This document shows positions 46,920-55,869 of a stretch of 64,000 bases of DNA, piece by piece (within the stretch, counting starts at the first letter, position 1; each line of letters opens with the position of its first letter). The notes under the pieces are model-generated. The model worked only from the letters and a program-made list of their open reading frames with translations. It searched no databases and was not told where the DNA came from. The DNA is taken from NCBI GenBank assembly GCA_041657405.1, contig JBBABX010000001.1, positions 106,316-170,315 of the forward strand, read 5' to 3'. This stretch comes from Minisyncoccota bacterium. GTDB lineage: Bacteria; Patescibacteriota; Minisyncoccia; Phycocordibacterales; XYD1-FULL-46-19. The translations under genes and the position numbers were made by a program.

Positions 46920-48839
46920 TTAAATTATCGTCCACAACCCATTTTCTGTTTCTAACAATTCTTCATCAATATCAAAAATAAATTCCGAAGGCAAGTTGAC
47001 TTGTCTCGAACCGAAAACTAGTCGTGATTGGGCGTAAGTAAGATAAAGTTTTTGACGAGCACGAGTGATTGCAACATAAAACAATCGTCGCTCCTCTTCT
47101 TCGTCGCGATCTGTTTCGCCGAAGCCTTGATGTGGAAATAAACCTTCTTCCAAACCAGTGACAAAAACTGTGTCAAATTCTAGGCCCTTAGCGGCGTGAA
47201 CAGTCATTAATTTAGCACCGTTTTTATTTTGGTTAAGTGAATCTTGTTCAGAAGTTAGCATAATTTCTGCCAACATTATTGGTACCGCTTCGTCTGACGC
47301 TAGGTGATCATATTTTACCGCTAAACTCGCGAACTCGCGCGCATTTTCTAAACGTTCTAAATTATCTTCCCCGCCCTTTTTTAATTCTTCTTCCAATTTA
47401 GTTTTTTCCAGAACAAATTTAATCAATTCTGAAGGTTTATGACTTTGGGCAAAGTTGGCAATTTCAGTAAGTAGTTGTCGGAACTTGGCAATTTTTTCCT
47501 TAGTCGCGGTTGGTAAAGTTTCTTCAGCGCCGTTAGCGATTTTGGTGAGGGTCACTTGTCCCAAGCCACGTGGTGGCACATTAATGACGCGTCTCATTGC
47601 CTCAAAGTCGGTTGGATTAAGGGCTACTTTAATATAAGAAATAATATCTTTAATTTCTTTGCGTTCAAAAAATCTGGTACCCAAGACTTGGTATATCACA
47701 CCAGCTCTCAAAAAAGCTTCTTCCAACACCCGTGACTGGAAATTGGCACGGTACAAAATAGCAATCTGTTCCGGATTGGTTCCTTCTTTTATCATTTCTC
47801 TGGCGCGCTCAGCAATAAAATTTGCCTCGTCGCTTTCTTCCAAACCGGTGTAAAGTCCGATTTTAGCCCCACCTTTTTTCTTAGTGAAGAGATTTTTGTC
47901 AAAACGGTGAGTGTTTTTAGCAATAATTCGATTAGCAGCAGTCAAAATTGTTTCGGTGGAGCGATAATTTTCTTCTAAGAGAACAGTCTTGGCGCTCGGG
48001 TAATCTTTTTCAAAACGTAATAGGTTGGTATAATCAGCTCCGCGCCAGCCGTAAATTGATTGGTCCATATCGCCGACGACACAAATATTTTTGTATTTTT
48101 CGGCTAATAGATTAACTAGTTCATATTGAATAACATTGGTATCTTGGTATTCGTCCACTGAGATATAGGAAAAACGTTCTTGGTATTTATTAAGAATTTC
48201 TGGCTGAGTTTTAAATAATTGAACTACCCAAACTAATAAGTCATCAAAGTCCAAGGCATTTTCTTTTTTGAGTAGTTTAGTGTATTCAGTCCAAACGATA
48301 GAAACAGTTTTAGAGTAATAATTTGCCGCATTGGTTTGATACTCATTCAAGCTAACACCATCCCCTTTTTGACGAGAAATAGCTGAGAGGATTTTGTTAG
48401 GCTCAAATCTTTTAGGGTCAACACCGACTTTTTTCATTGCGCTTTTGATTTTGGAAATTGAATCATTGCGGTCAAAAATAGAAAAAAACTTAGGCAAGTC
48501 TAGGGCGCGGTGTTCATTTCGTAAAATATAGACGCAAAGCGCGTGAAAAGTGGAAACAAATGGCTCGGATCGTTTTAGATCTTGCGATAGTTCTATTTTG
48601 TTTTGATTACTTTTGATGAACAAAGCTAGGATTCGTTCTTTCATCTCGCGAGCTGCTTTATTGGTAAAAGTGATGGCTAAAATTTGATCTGGTGAGACTC
48701 CAGATTTAACCAGATGCAAGATACGATAAGCAACGGTTCGCGTCTTGCCAGCTCCAGCACCAGCGATAACCAAGAGTGGTCCGTTTTTATGTTCGACCGC
48801 TTCACGTTGTGGCGTATTTAATTCGTTAAGATAAAACAT
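46920..48839 (-). CDS. pcrA: UvrD/PcrA ATP-dependent DNA helicase
   Basis: AGAGAGKT, TFTNKAA, VDEYQD, NYRS, MTVHAAKGLEF, EERRLFYVAITRA. Confidence 0.95.
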   Translation of the reverse strand: MFYLNELNTPQREAVEHKNGPLLVIAGAGAGKTRTVAYRILHLVKSGVSPDQILAITFTNKAAREMKERILALFIKSNQNKIELSQDLKRSEPFVSTFHALCVYILRNEHRALDLPKFFSIFDRNDSISKIKSAMKKVGVDPKRFEPNKILSAISRQKGDGVSLNEYQTNAANYYSKTVSIVWTEYTKLLKKENALDFDDLLVWVVQLFKTQPEILNKYQERFSYISVDEYQDTNVIQYELVNLLAEKYKNICVVGDMDQSIYGWRGADYTNLLRFEKDYPSAKTVLLEENYRSTETILTAANRIIAKNTHRFDKNLFTKKKGGAKIGLYTGLEESDEANFIAERAREMIKEGTNPEQIAILYRANFQSRVLEEAFLRAGVIYQVLGTRFFERKEIKDIISYIKVALNPTDFEAMRRVINVPPRGLGQVTLTKIANGAEETLPTATKEKIAKFRQLLTEIANFAQSHKPSELIKFVLEKTKLEEELKKGGEDNLERLENAREFASLAVKYDHLASDEAVPIMLAEIMLTSEQDSLNQNKNGAKLMTVHAAKGLEFDTVFVTGLEEGLFPHQGFGETDRDEEEERRLFYVAITRARQKLYLTYAQSRLVFGSRQVNLPSEFIFDIDEELLETENGLWTII

Positions 48840-48896
48840 GGACTAGTAGATACTATCATAATATAATTGAAACATATAAATTCTAATTTTTATTTT

Positions 48897-49337
48897 ATGG
48901 CAGAAAATTTTTTAGTTAGTAATAAAATGATTGAAGCGGAAATCGTGGAATTACAAAAAAAAATTGAAGAAAAACGTAATCAATTGGAAAAACAAAGTGG
49001 CATTATGGAAGAAAAAAGTCTTGTCCGTGAAGCGTTCCAAGAAATGATTGCCAAAAAGATAGAAGAGGAACCAGAAACAACCCCGGCTTCAAAAGTTGAT
49101 TTAGTTGGTGAGCCTCAAAAAACTTCATGGATAAATGTTAGCGCTAGTTATCTGGATCGCTTGGATGAAAAAACAATATCAAAATTAAATATTTATATTG
49201 ATGAAATCAACCAACAAGGTATTGTTCGCACCTTAAAAAAAGCAATAACCGATGAACCTTTTGTTATTGATGCATTACATGACATTCTAGTTGACAAACT
49301 TTATGAAGAATTAAAAAATCGAGGGTTGATTAAATGA
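48897..49337 (+). CDS. Conserved hypothetical protein upstream of the coupling ATPase
   Basis: PFVIDALHDILVDKLYEELKNRG C-terminus; start uncertain. Confidence 0.7.
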   Translation: MAENFLVSNKMIEAEIVELQKKIEEKRNQLEKQSGIMEEKSLVREAFQEMIAKKIEEEPETTPASKVDLVGEPQKTSWINVSASYLDRLDEKTISKLNIYIDEINQQGIVRTLKKAITDEPFVIDALHDILVDKLYEELKNRGLIK

Positions 49338-49338
49338 T

Positions 49339-51708
49339 ATGAACAAGTCAGTATCTTTAATTTTCTTTCTAATAATTACTACTGTTGCCTTAACAATTGC
49401 CTTTTTGTTATTTTTTTGGTGGCGTCGTCAACGTTTAAATAATCTTGATTTGAAAATTTTAGTCATAAAGATTCCCCACCATGACAAAGAAAATGGTGAA
49501 AAAGATTTTATTAAACAAATTAACTTATCTGAGCAATTATTTGTTGCGCTATCTTCTATTGGTCGCCCCTATGTTTTTGAAGCTTCTGTTTTAAACACGG
49601 GCGAAGAAATTCGTTTTTATTTGGCAGTGCCAAGATCTTCTTTGGAATATGCTCGTAAAACTGTTCAAGGTTTTTTCTTAGATGCTCAAGTTGAGGAAGC
49701 TTCTGACTATACGATTTTTGAGACTGGTAGCCAAGCCGCTGCTGGTTATCTGACTTTGGACAAACATTTTGTTTTGCCGGTTGCTTCTTATCGCGAATCA
49801 GAAGCGGACGTTTTTTCACCGATTCTTTCAACTTTATCAAAGTTGGCTGAAAATAGTGAGGGAGCCTCTGTCCAAGTGGTTATTTCGCCAATTGGTGAGA
49901 TATCTAAAAAAGAAATAATGAATATTCTAGGAAAATTACGTGAAGGCAAAACCTTGAAAGAGTTAACAGACACCAGTCCATCTCTCAAAAAGGTAGGTAA
50001 AGAGCTTGAAAAAATGATTTTAACGAATAATGGTGGTGATGAAAAAGAAACTAAATTAGCGGACGAAGAAGCGGTAAAAGCTGTTCAGCTTAAAATTTCC
50101 AAAACCTTGATGTCGGTTAATGTCAGGATTATTGCCGCTGCGGCGACTAAAGGTCGAGCAGAAGATATTCTGATGTCTGTTGCCTCTTCTTTTAGCAAAT
50201 TAGCCTCACCAGTTCGTAACTCATTTAAAATTGTTAAACCTAAGAAGATTAATAAACTTATTTTCCACTATGTTTTTAGAGAGGCAGATGATAGCCAAGC
50301 CATTATTTTAAATGTGGAAGAGTTAGCTAGTATTTTTCATTTACCAACTGAGACTTCTGATGTTCCAAATGTCACTTGGTTGCGAGCAAAAGAAGCACCA
50401 CCGCCAGAAAATTTGCCGACAAAGGGTTTAATATTGGGTCAAAGTGTTTTTCGTGGAGTGGAAAAAACAATTTGTGTAACAGAAGAAGACCGTCGTCGTC
50501 ATACTTATATTGTCGGACAGACCGGAACTGGTAAGTCAGTTTTTATCCAAAATATGGCGATGCAAGATATGTATGAAAACAGGGGTTTTTGTGTAATTGA
50601 TCCGCACGGTGAATTGGTAGATAAAATTTTGAATTTTGTGCCAGTCAATCGGATTGATGATGTGATTATTTTTGATCCAGGAGACCGCAGTCGGCCGTTG
50701 GGGCTTAATATGCTTGAATACAATTTGTCGCGACCAGAAGAAAAAACCTTCATCGTTAACGAAATCCAAGCGATTTTTAACCAGCTTTTTATGAAAGAAA
50801 CAATGGGGCCGCAATTTGAAAAATATATGCGTAATACCCTACTTCTTTTAATGGATGATTTCAAAAATGAACCAACTACTTTAATGGAAGTTCCGCGTAT
50901 CTTTACTGATGAAGAATTTCGTCGTCGTAAACTTTCTAATTGCACCACCCCCCTGGTTATTGATTTTTGGACCAAAGAAGTGCCCAAGACGACTGGCGAA
51001 CAAAGCCTCGGTAACTTTGCGCCTTACATTACATCAAAATTTGACGGTTTTATTTCTAATGATTATTTGCGTCCAATTATTGGCCAAACCAAATCATCTT
51101 TTAACTTTCGTCAGGCAATGGATGAGAATAAAATTATCTTAGTTAATTTGTCTAAAGGCAAATTAGGTGATTTAAATTCGGCACTTTTGGGGATGCTTAT
51201 TGTTGGAAAGCTTTTGCAGGCGGCTTTGTCACGAGTTGATATCATTGATGAAAAATCACGGCAGGATTTTTATCTTTATATTGATGAATTTCAGAATTAC
51301 ACAACAGATTCTATCGCCACAATTTTGTCAGAGGCACGTAAATACCGTCTGAATTTGACGATTGCTCATCAGTTTATTGCGCAACTGAAGGACAATATTC
51401 GTGAATCTGTTTTTGGAAATGTTGGCAATTTGATTGCTATGAGAGTTGGTTCTCCTGACGCTGAAATTTTAGTTAAGCATTTCGGTCCGATTTTTAATGA
51501 GCGCGACTTGATCGGTATTGAAAATTTGAATGCTTATGCCAAAATTTTGATTAATGGTCAGCCAACAGAACCGTTTAATATTAAATTTAAGTGGGCTGAA
51601 GGAGGTTCCACCGAAGTCCGTGAACAAATGAAGGAATTATCACGTTTAAAATATGGCAATGATTTGCAAGAAGTAGAGAATGATATTATAAAAAGACTCA
51701 GAAATTAA
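49339..51708 (+). CDS. VirD4/TraD-like type IV coupling ATPase
   Basis: N-terminal TM helix, DRRRHTYIVGQTGTGKS, IDPHGE, LYIDEFQN, EARKYRL..AHQ. Confidence 0.88.
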   Translation: MNKSVSLIFFLIITTVALTIAFLLFFWWRRQRLNNLDLKILVIKIPHHDKENGEKDFIKQINLSEQLFVALSSIGRPYVFEASVLNTGEEIRFYLAVPRSSLEYARKTVQGFFLDAQVEEASDYTIFETGSQAAAGYLTLDKHFVLPVASYRESEADVFSPILSTLSKLAENSEGASVQVVISPIGEISKKEIMNILGKLREGKTLKELTDTSPSLKKVGKELEKMILTNNGGDEKETKLADEEAVKAVQLKISKTLMSVNVRIIAAAATKGRAEDILMSVASSFSKLASPVRNSFKIVKPKKINKLIFHYVFREADDSQAIILNVEELASIFHLPTETSDVPNVTWLRAKEAPPPENLPTKGLILGQSVFRGVEKTICVTEEDRRRHTYIVGQTGTGKSVFIQNMAMQDMYENRGFCVIDPHGELVDKILNFVPVNRIDDVIIFDPGDRSRPLGLNMLEYNLSRPEEKTFIVNEIQAIFNQLFMKETMGPQFEKYMRNTLLLLMDDFKNEPTTLMEVPRIFTDEEFRRRKLSNCTTPLVIDFWTKEVPKTTGEQSLGNFAPYITSKFDGFISNDYLRPIIGQTKSSFNFRQAMDENKIILVNLSKGKLGDLNSALLGMLIVGKLLQAALSRVDIIDEKSRQDFYLYIDEFQNYTTDSIATILSEARKYRLNLTIAHQFIAQLKDNIRESVFGNVGNLIAMRVGSPDAEILVKHFGPIFNERDLIGIENLNAYAKILINGQPTEPFNIKFKWAEGGSTEVREQMKELSRLKYGNDLQEVENDIIKRLRN

Positions 51709-52118
51709 ATTGAACAGATTTTTAATTAAGTGTTCGGAAGTGTTTAACTAAAAAACTTTCATAAATTTACAACCCAAGAGCCTCCAAAGTTTCTCTCATC
51801 ACGTTTATCTTTTTTACTTTAAATTTTGACTTTTTCCGTCAAATATTTTGAATTATTTGTGTTTTGTTTGCAAAATAAAGCTTTAAAAGTTATCCACTTC
51901 TTGTTGAATTTTTATTGAATTTTGTCTTATTTTGGTCTAAAATAACCAAGTGCTTGATTTTTCTGGATAAGAGAATAAATTAACACTTTTTACTGGTTGC
52001 GGTCGTCATTAAGCACAAAATTTGACTTATTTTACGTAAATCTAAAAAGTCTGAGCCCGAAAAGGAGGCAAAGGCTAAAAAGTCTTTATTTTTATACACT
52101 ATTTTAAATAGGCGGGTT

Positions 52119-53144
52119 TTGATGTTGGCGGTTGTTATTTATATTTTAGTGGTCGCCAGCCAAGCCGAAGCAACAATTTTGTCAACAATGACAGATATTA
52201 TCTTCCGTTCTGGCAAACACCTTTCTACTTCAGCTAATCAAACTTTGGCGGCAGTTTCGGTAAATTCCCAAAATATGGCACTTTTGGAATCTCAACCAGA
52301 AAGAGATGAGTTGTTAGCCAAATCTGATGTTGATTTACCGCTAGTCGGCGGAGCTGCGGTTTTAGCCGAAAATGGTCCAATGGGAACAGTCGCCGATTTA
52401 ACCGAAGGCGTTCCACCGACTGACCAGATTAGCGTTTATATTGTGAGACCTGGCGACAATCTCTCAACTATTGCCCAAATGTATGGAGTCTCTGTTAACA
52501 CAATTCGTTGGGCTAATGATTTAACTAAAAACTCGGTAATAAAAGAAGGCCAAACTTTGGTGATTTTGCCTATAACCGGCATCCGTTATACAGTCAAAAA
52601 AGGAGATACCCTAGCGGGAATTATAAAAAAATATGGGGGCGACTTGGATGAAATAATTCTTTACAATGATTTAGAAATTGAAAAAGGTCTAACGATTGGG
52701 CAAATCATAATTATTCCTGATGGTGATTATGGGGTGCCAGTCGCCAAATCTCCAGCGGCTGGGACCTCTTCGGGGGGGAAATATAAAGGTCCCAGTTACC
52801 CAGGTTATTTTATGCGTCCGATTACTGGTGGAGTTCGCACCCAAGGTCTCCATGGCAATAATGCGGTTGATTTGGCAGCACCTTATGGCACACCGATTTA
52901 TGCGGCAGCTTCGGGACAAGTTATTTTGGCTCGCCCAACTGGTTATAATGGCGGTTATGGCGGCTATTTAGTTATCTCTCATCCCAATGGGACACAAACT
53001 CTCTACTCTCATTGTAGTAGTTTGGCAGTAATTTCTGGACAAAGAGTAGAAAGGGGTGATGTTGTTGGTTATATTGGTTCCACGGGTCGTTCTACTGGCA
53101 ACCATCTTCATTTTGAAGTTCGTGGCGCAGTCAATCCCTTTTAG
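52119..53144 (+). CDS. LysM-LysM-M23 peptidoglycan endopeptidase
   Basis: Two LysM repeats (Y.VRPGD, Y.VKKGD); HGNNAVD, YSH, STGNHLHFEV. Confidence 0.93.
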   Translation: MMLAVVIYILVVASQAEATILSTMTDIIFRSGKHLSTSANQTLAAVSVNSQNMALLESQPERDELLAKSDVDLPLVGGAAVLAENGPMGTVADLTEGVPPTDQISVYIVRPGDNLSTIAQMYGVSVNTIRWANDLTKNSVIKEGQTLVILPITGIRYTVKKGDTLAGIIKKYGGDLDEIILYNDLEIEKGLTIGQIIIIPDGDYGVPVAKSPAAGTSSGGKYKGPSYPGYFMRPITGGVRTQGLHGNNAVDLAAPYGTPIYAAASGQVILARPTGYNGGYGGYLVISHPNGTQTLYSHCSSLAVISGQRVERGDVVGYIGSTGRSTGNHLHFEVRGAVNPF

Positions 53145-53329
53145 ATTTGTTCGCGGTTTTTTTTGGGGGGGGGCAAAAATTAATTCTAAAAATTGCCTAA
53201 AAATAACGATTTAAACGCTTCAGCATCCATCTGAAGCATTTATTAATTCTTATTTTAGAATTCTTCCAATTCTTTATTTTTTGGCAACCAGTTGTTTTCT
53301 GGATGTTTGTCTCTTAGACAGTCTTATTT

Positions 53330-53947
53330 TTAAAAATGATTTAAATTTTTAGGTCGATACTGAAATGCTTCTAACAAATGTTCTTCTCTGATATCTTTTT
53401 CTTCAGCGAGATCCGCAATCGTGCGAGCTAATTTAATAAGTCTATGATAGGCACGAGCTGAAAGGTTTAACTTGGAGGCTGATTCATTTAATAATTTTTG
53501 GCAGACGTTATTAAGTGGGGCATATTTTTCTAAATCCCTAGTATTCATCTCGCTGTTATAATATTTATTTCTTTCTTTTAGTCGTTCAGTTTGAATTGCA
53601 CGAGCTTTGACAACTCTTTCAAGAACTTTTTGGGAATATTCTCCTTTTTCTGTTTCGCTTAACTTTTTATATTCTACGGTGGGCACTTCTAACCATAAAT
53701 CAATGCGATCTATGACTGGACCGGAAATTTTATGTTGATATTTTTGAATTTGTCCCATTGAACAAACACATTCTTTAACGCGTGAACCAAGATATCCACA
53801 AGGGCAAGGATTCATTGCAGCGATCAAAATAAAATTAGCTGGGAAGTTCATATGTCCGCGCGAACGAGAAATACTTATGACCCGATCTTCTAAAGGTTGA
53901 CGCAGGGCCTCAATCACTTTTTTGTCAAATTCCGGAAATTCATCCAA
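53330..53947 (-). pseudogene. comM: 3' fragment of comM/YifB (Mg-chelatase-like ATPase), disrupted by an insertion
   Basis: LDEFPEF..LRQPLED, AAMNPCPCG, ISGPVIDRID, SARAYHRLIKLARTIADL; homology stops abruptly upstream of LDEFPEF. Confidence 0.92.
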
Positions 53948-53963
53948 TGCCTTTGTCCCACAA
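53930..53963. repeat. Hybrid attachment site at the comM junction (site 1)
   Basis: ttccggaaa-ttcatccAAtgccttt-GTCCCACAA; the centre of the 16-bp spacer (53946-53947) coincides with the end of comM homology. Confidence 0.8.
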
Positions 53964-53998
53964 TTGTCTACTGGCTCACTTTTTAGTAGTATCTGACC

Positions 53999-54211
53999 AT
54001 GTACGACAATGGAAGTGTAGGAGAGCAAATACTGAATGGGGTCTTTAATGCCCTTTGGATTATTGCCCTACCTTTTGTTGGTATCTATCTATTATTGAAA
54101 TGGTTTGTTGTGGGAATAACAAAAGAAACTGGTAATAGGATTATAAAAATAGTGGGTGGAGCAATTGCTGTCGGAATAGTTGGATATATCTCAACTTTCT
54201 TTCTCAATTAA
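53999..54211 (+). CDS. Small 2-TM membrane protein (cassette)
   Basis: 70 aa with two hydrophobic helices; stop codon ends just before site 2. Confidence 0.65.
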   Translation: MYDNGSVGEQILNGVFNALWIIALPFVGIYLLLKWFVVGITKETGNRIIKIVGGAIAVGIVGYISTFFLN

Positions 54212-54212
54212 A

Positions 54213-54246
54213 TTGTAGGACGTTTCTTATAAGGTGTGTCCCACAA
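54213..54246. repeat. 34-bp att-like inverted site 2
   Basis: TTGTAGGAC-gtttcttATaaggtgt-GTCCCACAA. Confidence 0.9.
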
Positions 54247-54248
54247 AA

Positions 54249-54632
54249 TTAACTACTAGGATTGCAATTTAAGTATCTAAATGAATTATTTTGTCCTTGC
54301 CCCCAAGCCACCACTATTTTTTTATTAAGATACCTGTTTCTTATCTCATCGGGAGCAATTTTTCCTTCAAACTCCCACTTTGTGGGTTCGTACTCAGCTT
54401 TTTTCCATCTATCTATACTAAATACACCCTTTACTCTGTTTTGGTAAATAGCTAGTGCATAGTCTACTAAATCTTTAGACTCGCCAGTTTTGCTTAAAGA
54501 CCAAGCTTGTTTGGCTATATCGTAAATAGAGTTCTCATCCCCTTCCATGTGGGGTCTATAAGTTTGCGATATGTTCAACAATATAACTTTATCCTCTATG
54601 TCTTCCAGTCTAATTTCTTCTAAATTCTCCAT
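54249..54632 (-). CDS. Hypothetical protein resembling the C-terminal domain of LEM-3-like GIY-YIG proteins (cassette)
   Basis: IYDIAKQAW, YALAIYQNRVKGVF.IDRW, KWEFEG, QNNSFRY pattern; no GIY-YIG domain visible. Confidence 0.55.
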   Translation of the reverse strand: MENLEEIRLEDIEDKVILLNISQTYRPHMEGDENSIYDIAKQAWSLSKTGESKDLVDYALAIYQNRVKGVFSIDRWKKAEYEPTKWEFEGKIAPDEIRNRYLNKKIVVAWGQGQNNSFRYLNCNPSS

Positions 54633-54647
54633 GCTTTAATTGTAGCA

Positions 54648-54681
54648 AAGCGGTAGCTATTACAAAAAGTCTGCCCCACAA
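54648..54681. repeat. Partial att-like site (right arm only)
   Basis: GCCCCACAA at 54673-54681 (1 mismatch); left arm degenerate (aagcggtag). Confidence 0.5.
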
Positions 54682-54698
54682 TACGTTACTATTTAGGT

Positions 54699-54815
54699 AT
54701 GGTTTCAAAATTAAGAGCTTCAATCATTGTAGTGATTGTTGGACTAGCTTCTTTCTGGTTGGGTATGCAGACAGTAGTTCCTTGTGATTGTATTTCCAGA
54801 TTTGCTCTACTGTAG
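54699..54815 (+). CDS. 38-aa membrane microprotein (cassette; not in ORF track)
   Basis: MVSKLRASIIVVIVGLASFWLGMQTVVPCDCISRFALL*; TAG stop lies inside the left arm of site 3. Confidence 0.5.
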   Translation: MVSKLRASIIVVIVGLASFWLGMQTVVPCDCISRFALL

Positions 54816-54843
54816 GACACGATTTACGGTACGTGTCCCGAAA
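54810..54843. repeat. 34-bp att-like inverted site 3
   Basis: CTGTAGGAC-acgatttACggtacgt-GTCCCGAAA. Confidence 0.85.
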
Positions 54844-54879
54844 CTTGCTTTACGTTGGTAGTCATATACGATAGATTCT

Positions 54880-55581
54880 ATGCCGAATAATAATTTCCAA
54901 ACACTACTGAAATTCTTTCTGGATGAGTTTGAAATGGAACTATTATTTGATCAAAGAAAACCTCAAAATATACAAGAAGGGATTTTAATCACTATCTTTA
55001 ATAGGATAAATGATATTCATACAATAATAGAACGACTTGGTCGTTACGATGTTTATTTTGATGCTTTTTATCCAGAAAATGATAGTCAGATTAGTGACGC
55101 TGAAGCAATTGAGTATCATCTCCACAGTTACTTACAGGACTTTTATTCTTTAAACGAGAAAGTTAATAGATTACTAGGATATATAAAGAACAATATTAAA
55201 CATTTTGATGTTGGTAATCCAGATGTTGTTAAAAAATTATTGGAACACTTACTCAATCAGGTTGGAAATGGTTTGAAGCAGGTTAATAATTTACGTGGTG
55301 ACCACGTCCATGACATGTCTGTTCGTGACAGTGAAATCTCAAGAGCAAAAATGCTTAAGACTTTAATGGGTTTTCATGAGGGAATTGACGAGCAAGCTGT
55401 AAAGGAAAAATACCAAACCATTATTGTAGAGACAAAGAAGAAATATGTTGGTCAAGCAGAAGCCAATAGAGAACAATTAAATGGAATGCGAAACTTTATC
55501 GCCCCAAGACTAGGACATGTTATTGCTTTCTTATATCAAAAGGACAGCTCTATATTTGAGAAAGAAATGTCACAAAATTAA
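54880..55581 (+). CDS. HEPN-like (Cthe_2314-type) protein (cassette)
   Basis: All-helical; IEYHLHSYLQDFYSLNEK and RGDHVH (R-x4-H) motif. Confidence 0.6.
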   Translation: MPNNNFQTLLKFFLDEFEMELLFDQRKPQNIQEGILITIFNRINDIHTIIERLGRYDVYFDAFYPENDSQISDAEAIEYHLHSYLQDFYSLNEKVNRLLGYIKNNIKHFDVGNPDVVKKLLEHLLNQVGNGLKQVNNLRGDHVHDMSVRDSEISRAKMLKTLMGFHEGIDEQAVKEKYQTIIVETKKKYVGQAEANREQLNGMRNFIAPRLGHVIAFLYQKDSSIFEKEMSQN

Positions 55582-55611
55582 GTGACAACTACTGCGGTTA
55601 ACGTCCTGTAA
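55578..55611. repeat. Degenerate att-like site overlapping the HEPN stop codon
   Basis: TTAAGTGAC-aactactGCggttaac-GTCCTGTAA keeps the TT....GAC-N16-GTC....AA geometry. Confidence 0.5.
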
Positions 55612-55693
55612 AAGATTACGATAGTTAACGTATCCTCTCGTACGCGTGTACGCGCGCGGGAATGTGCCTTAAATATGGACTTGGGATATTGGT

Positions 55694-55727
55694 TTGTAGG
55701 ACAGCTATTAGTATTTCTGTCCCACAA
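55694..55727. repeat. 34-bp att-like inverted site 4
   Basis: (ggt)TTGTAGGAC-agctattAGtatttct-GTCCCACAA(acc). Confidence 0.9.
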
Positions 55728-55869
55728 ACCGTACTGTGGATATGTGGATAATTAAGTAAATTAGCCCTAAAAGCCATACTCTTGAACGTATTTGCTTGAC
55801 TTTTTCCTACTTAGTCAATAGACTGAATAAGTAAGTGGTGTTTCTTAATCACTCCACTGAATAAGGAAA

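Noticed and set aside
53948-54028. N-terminal extension of the 232-aa comM ORF
   Set aside because: Read-through from element DNA with a TTG start; not ComM-like and overlaps the 70-aa gene.
53930-55727. CRISPR array, classical integron attC sites or Xer/dif (pdif) sites
   Set aside because: Units are separated by whole genes of variable length and there are no cas genes. There are no RYYYAAC/GTTRRRY boxes and no intI in the window. The geometry is not the 11-6-11 of dif.
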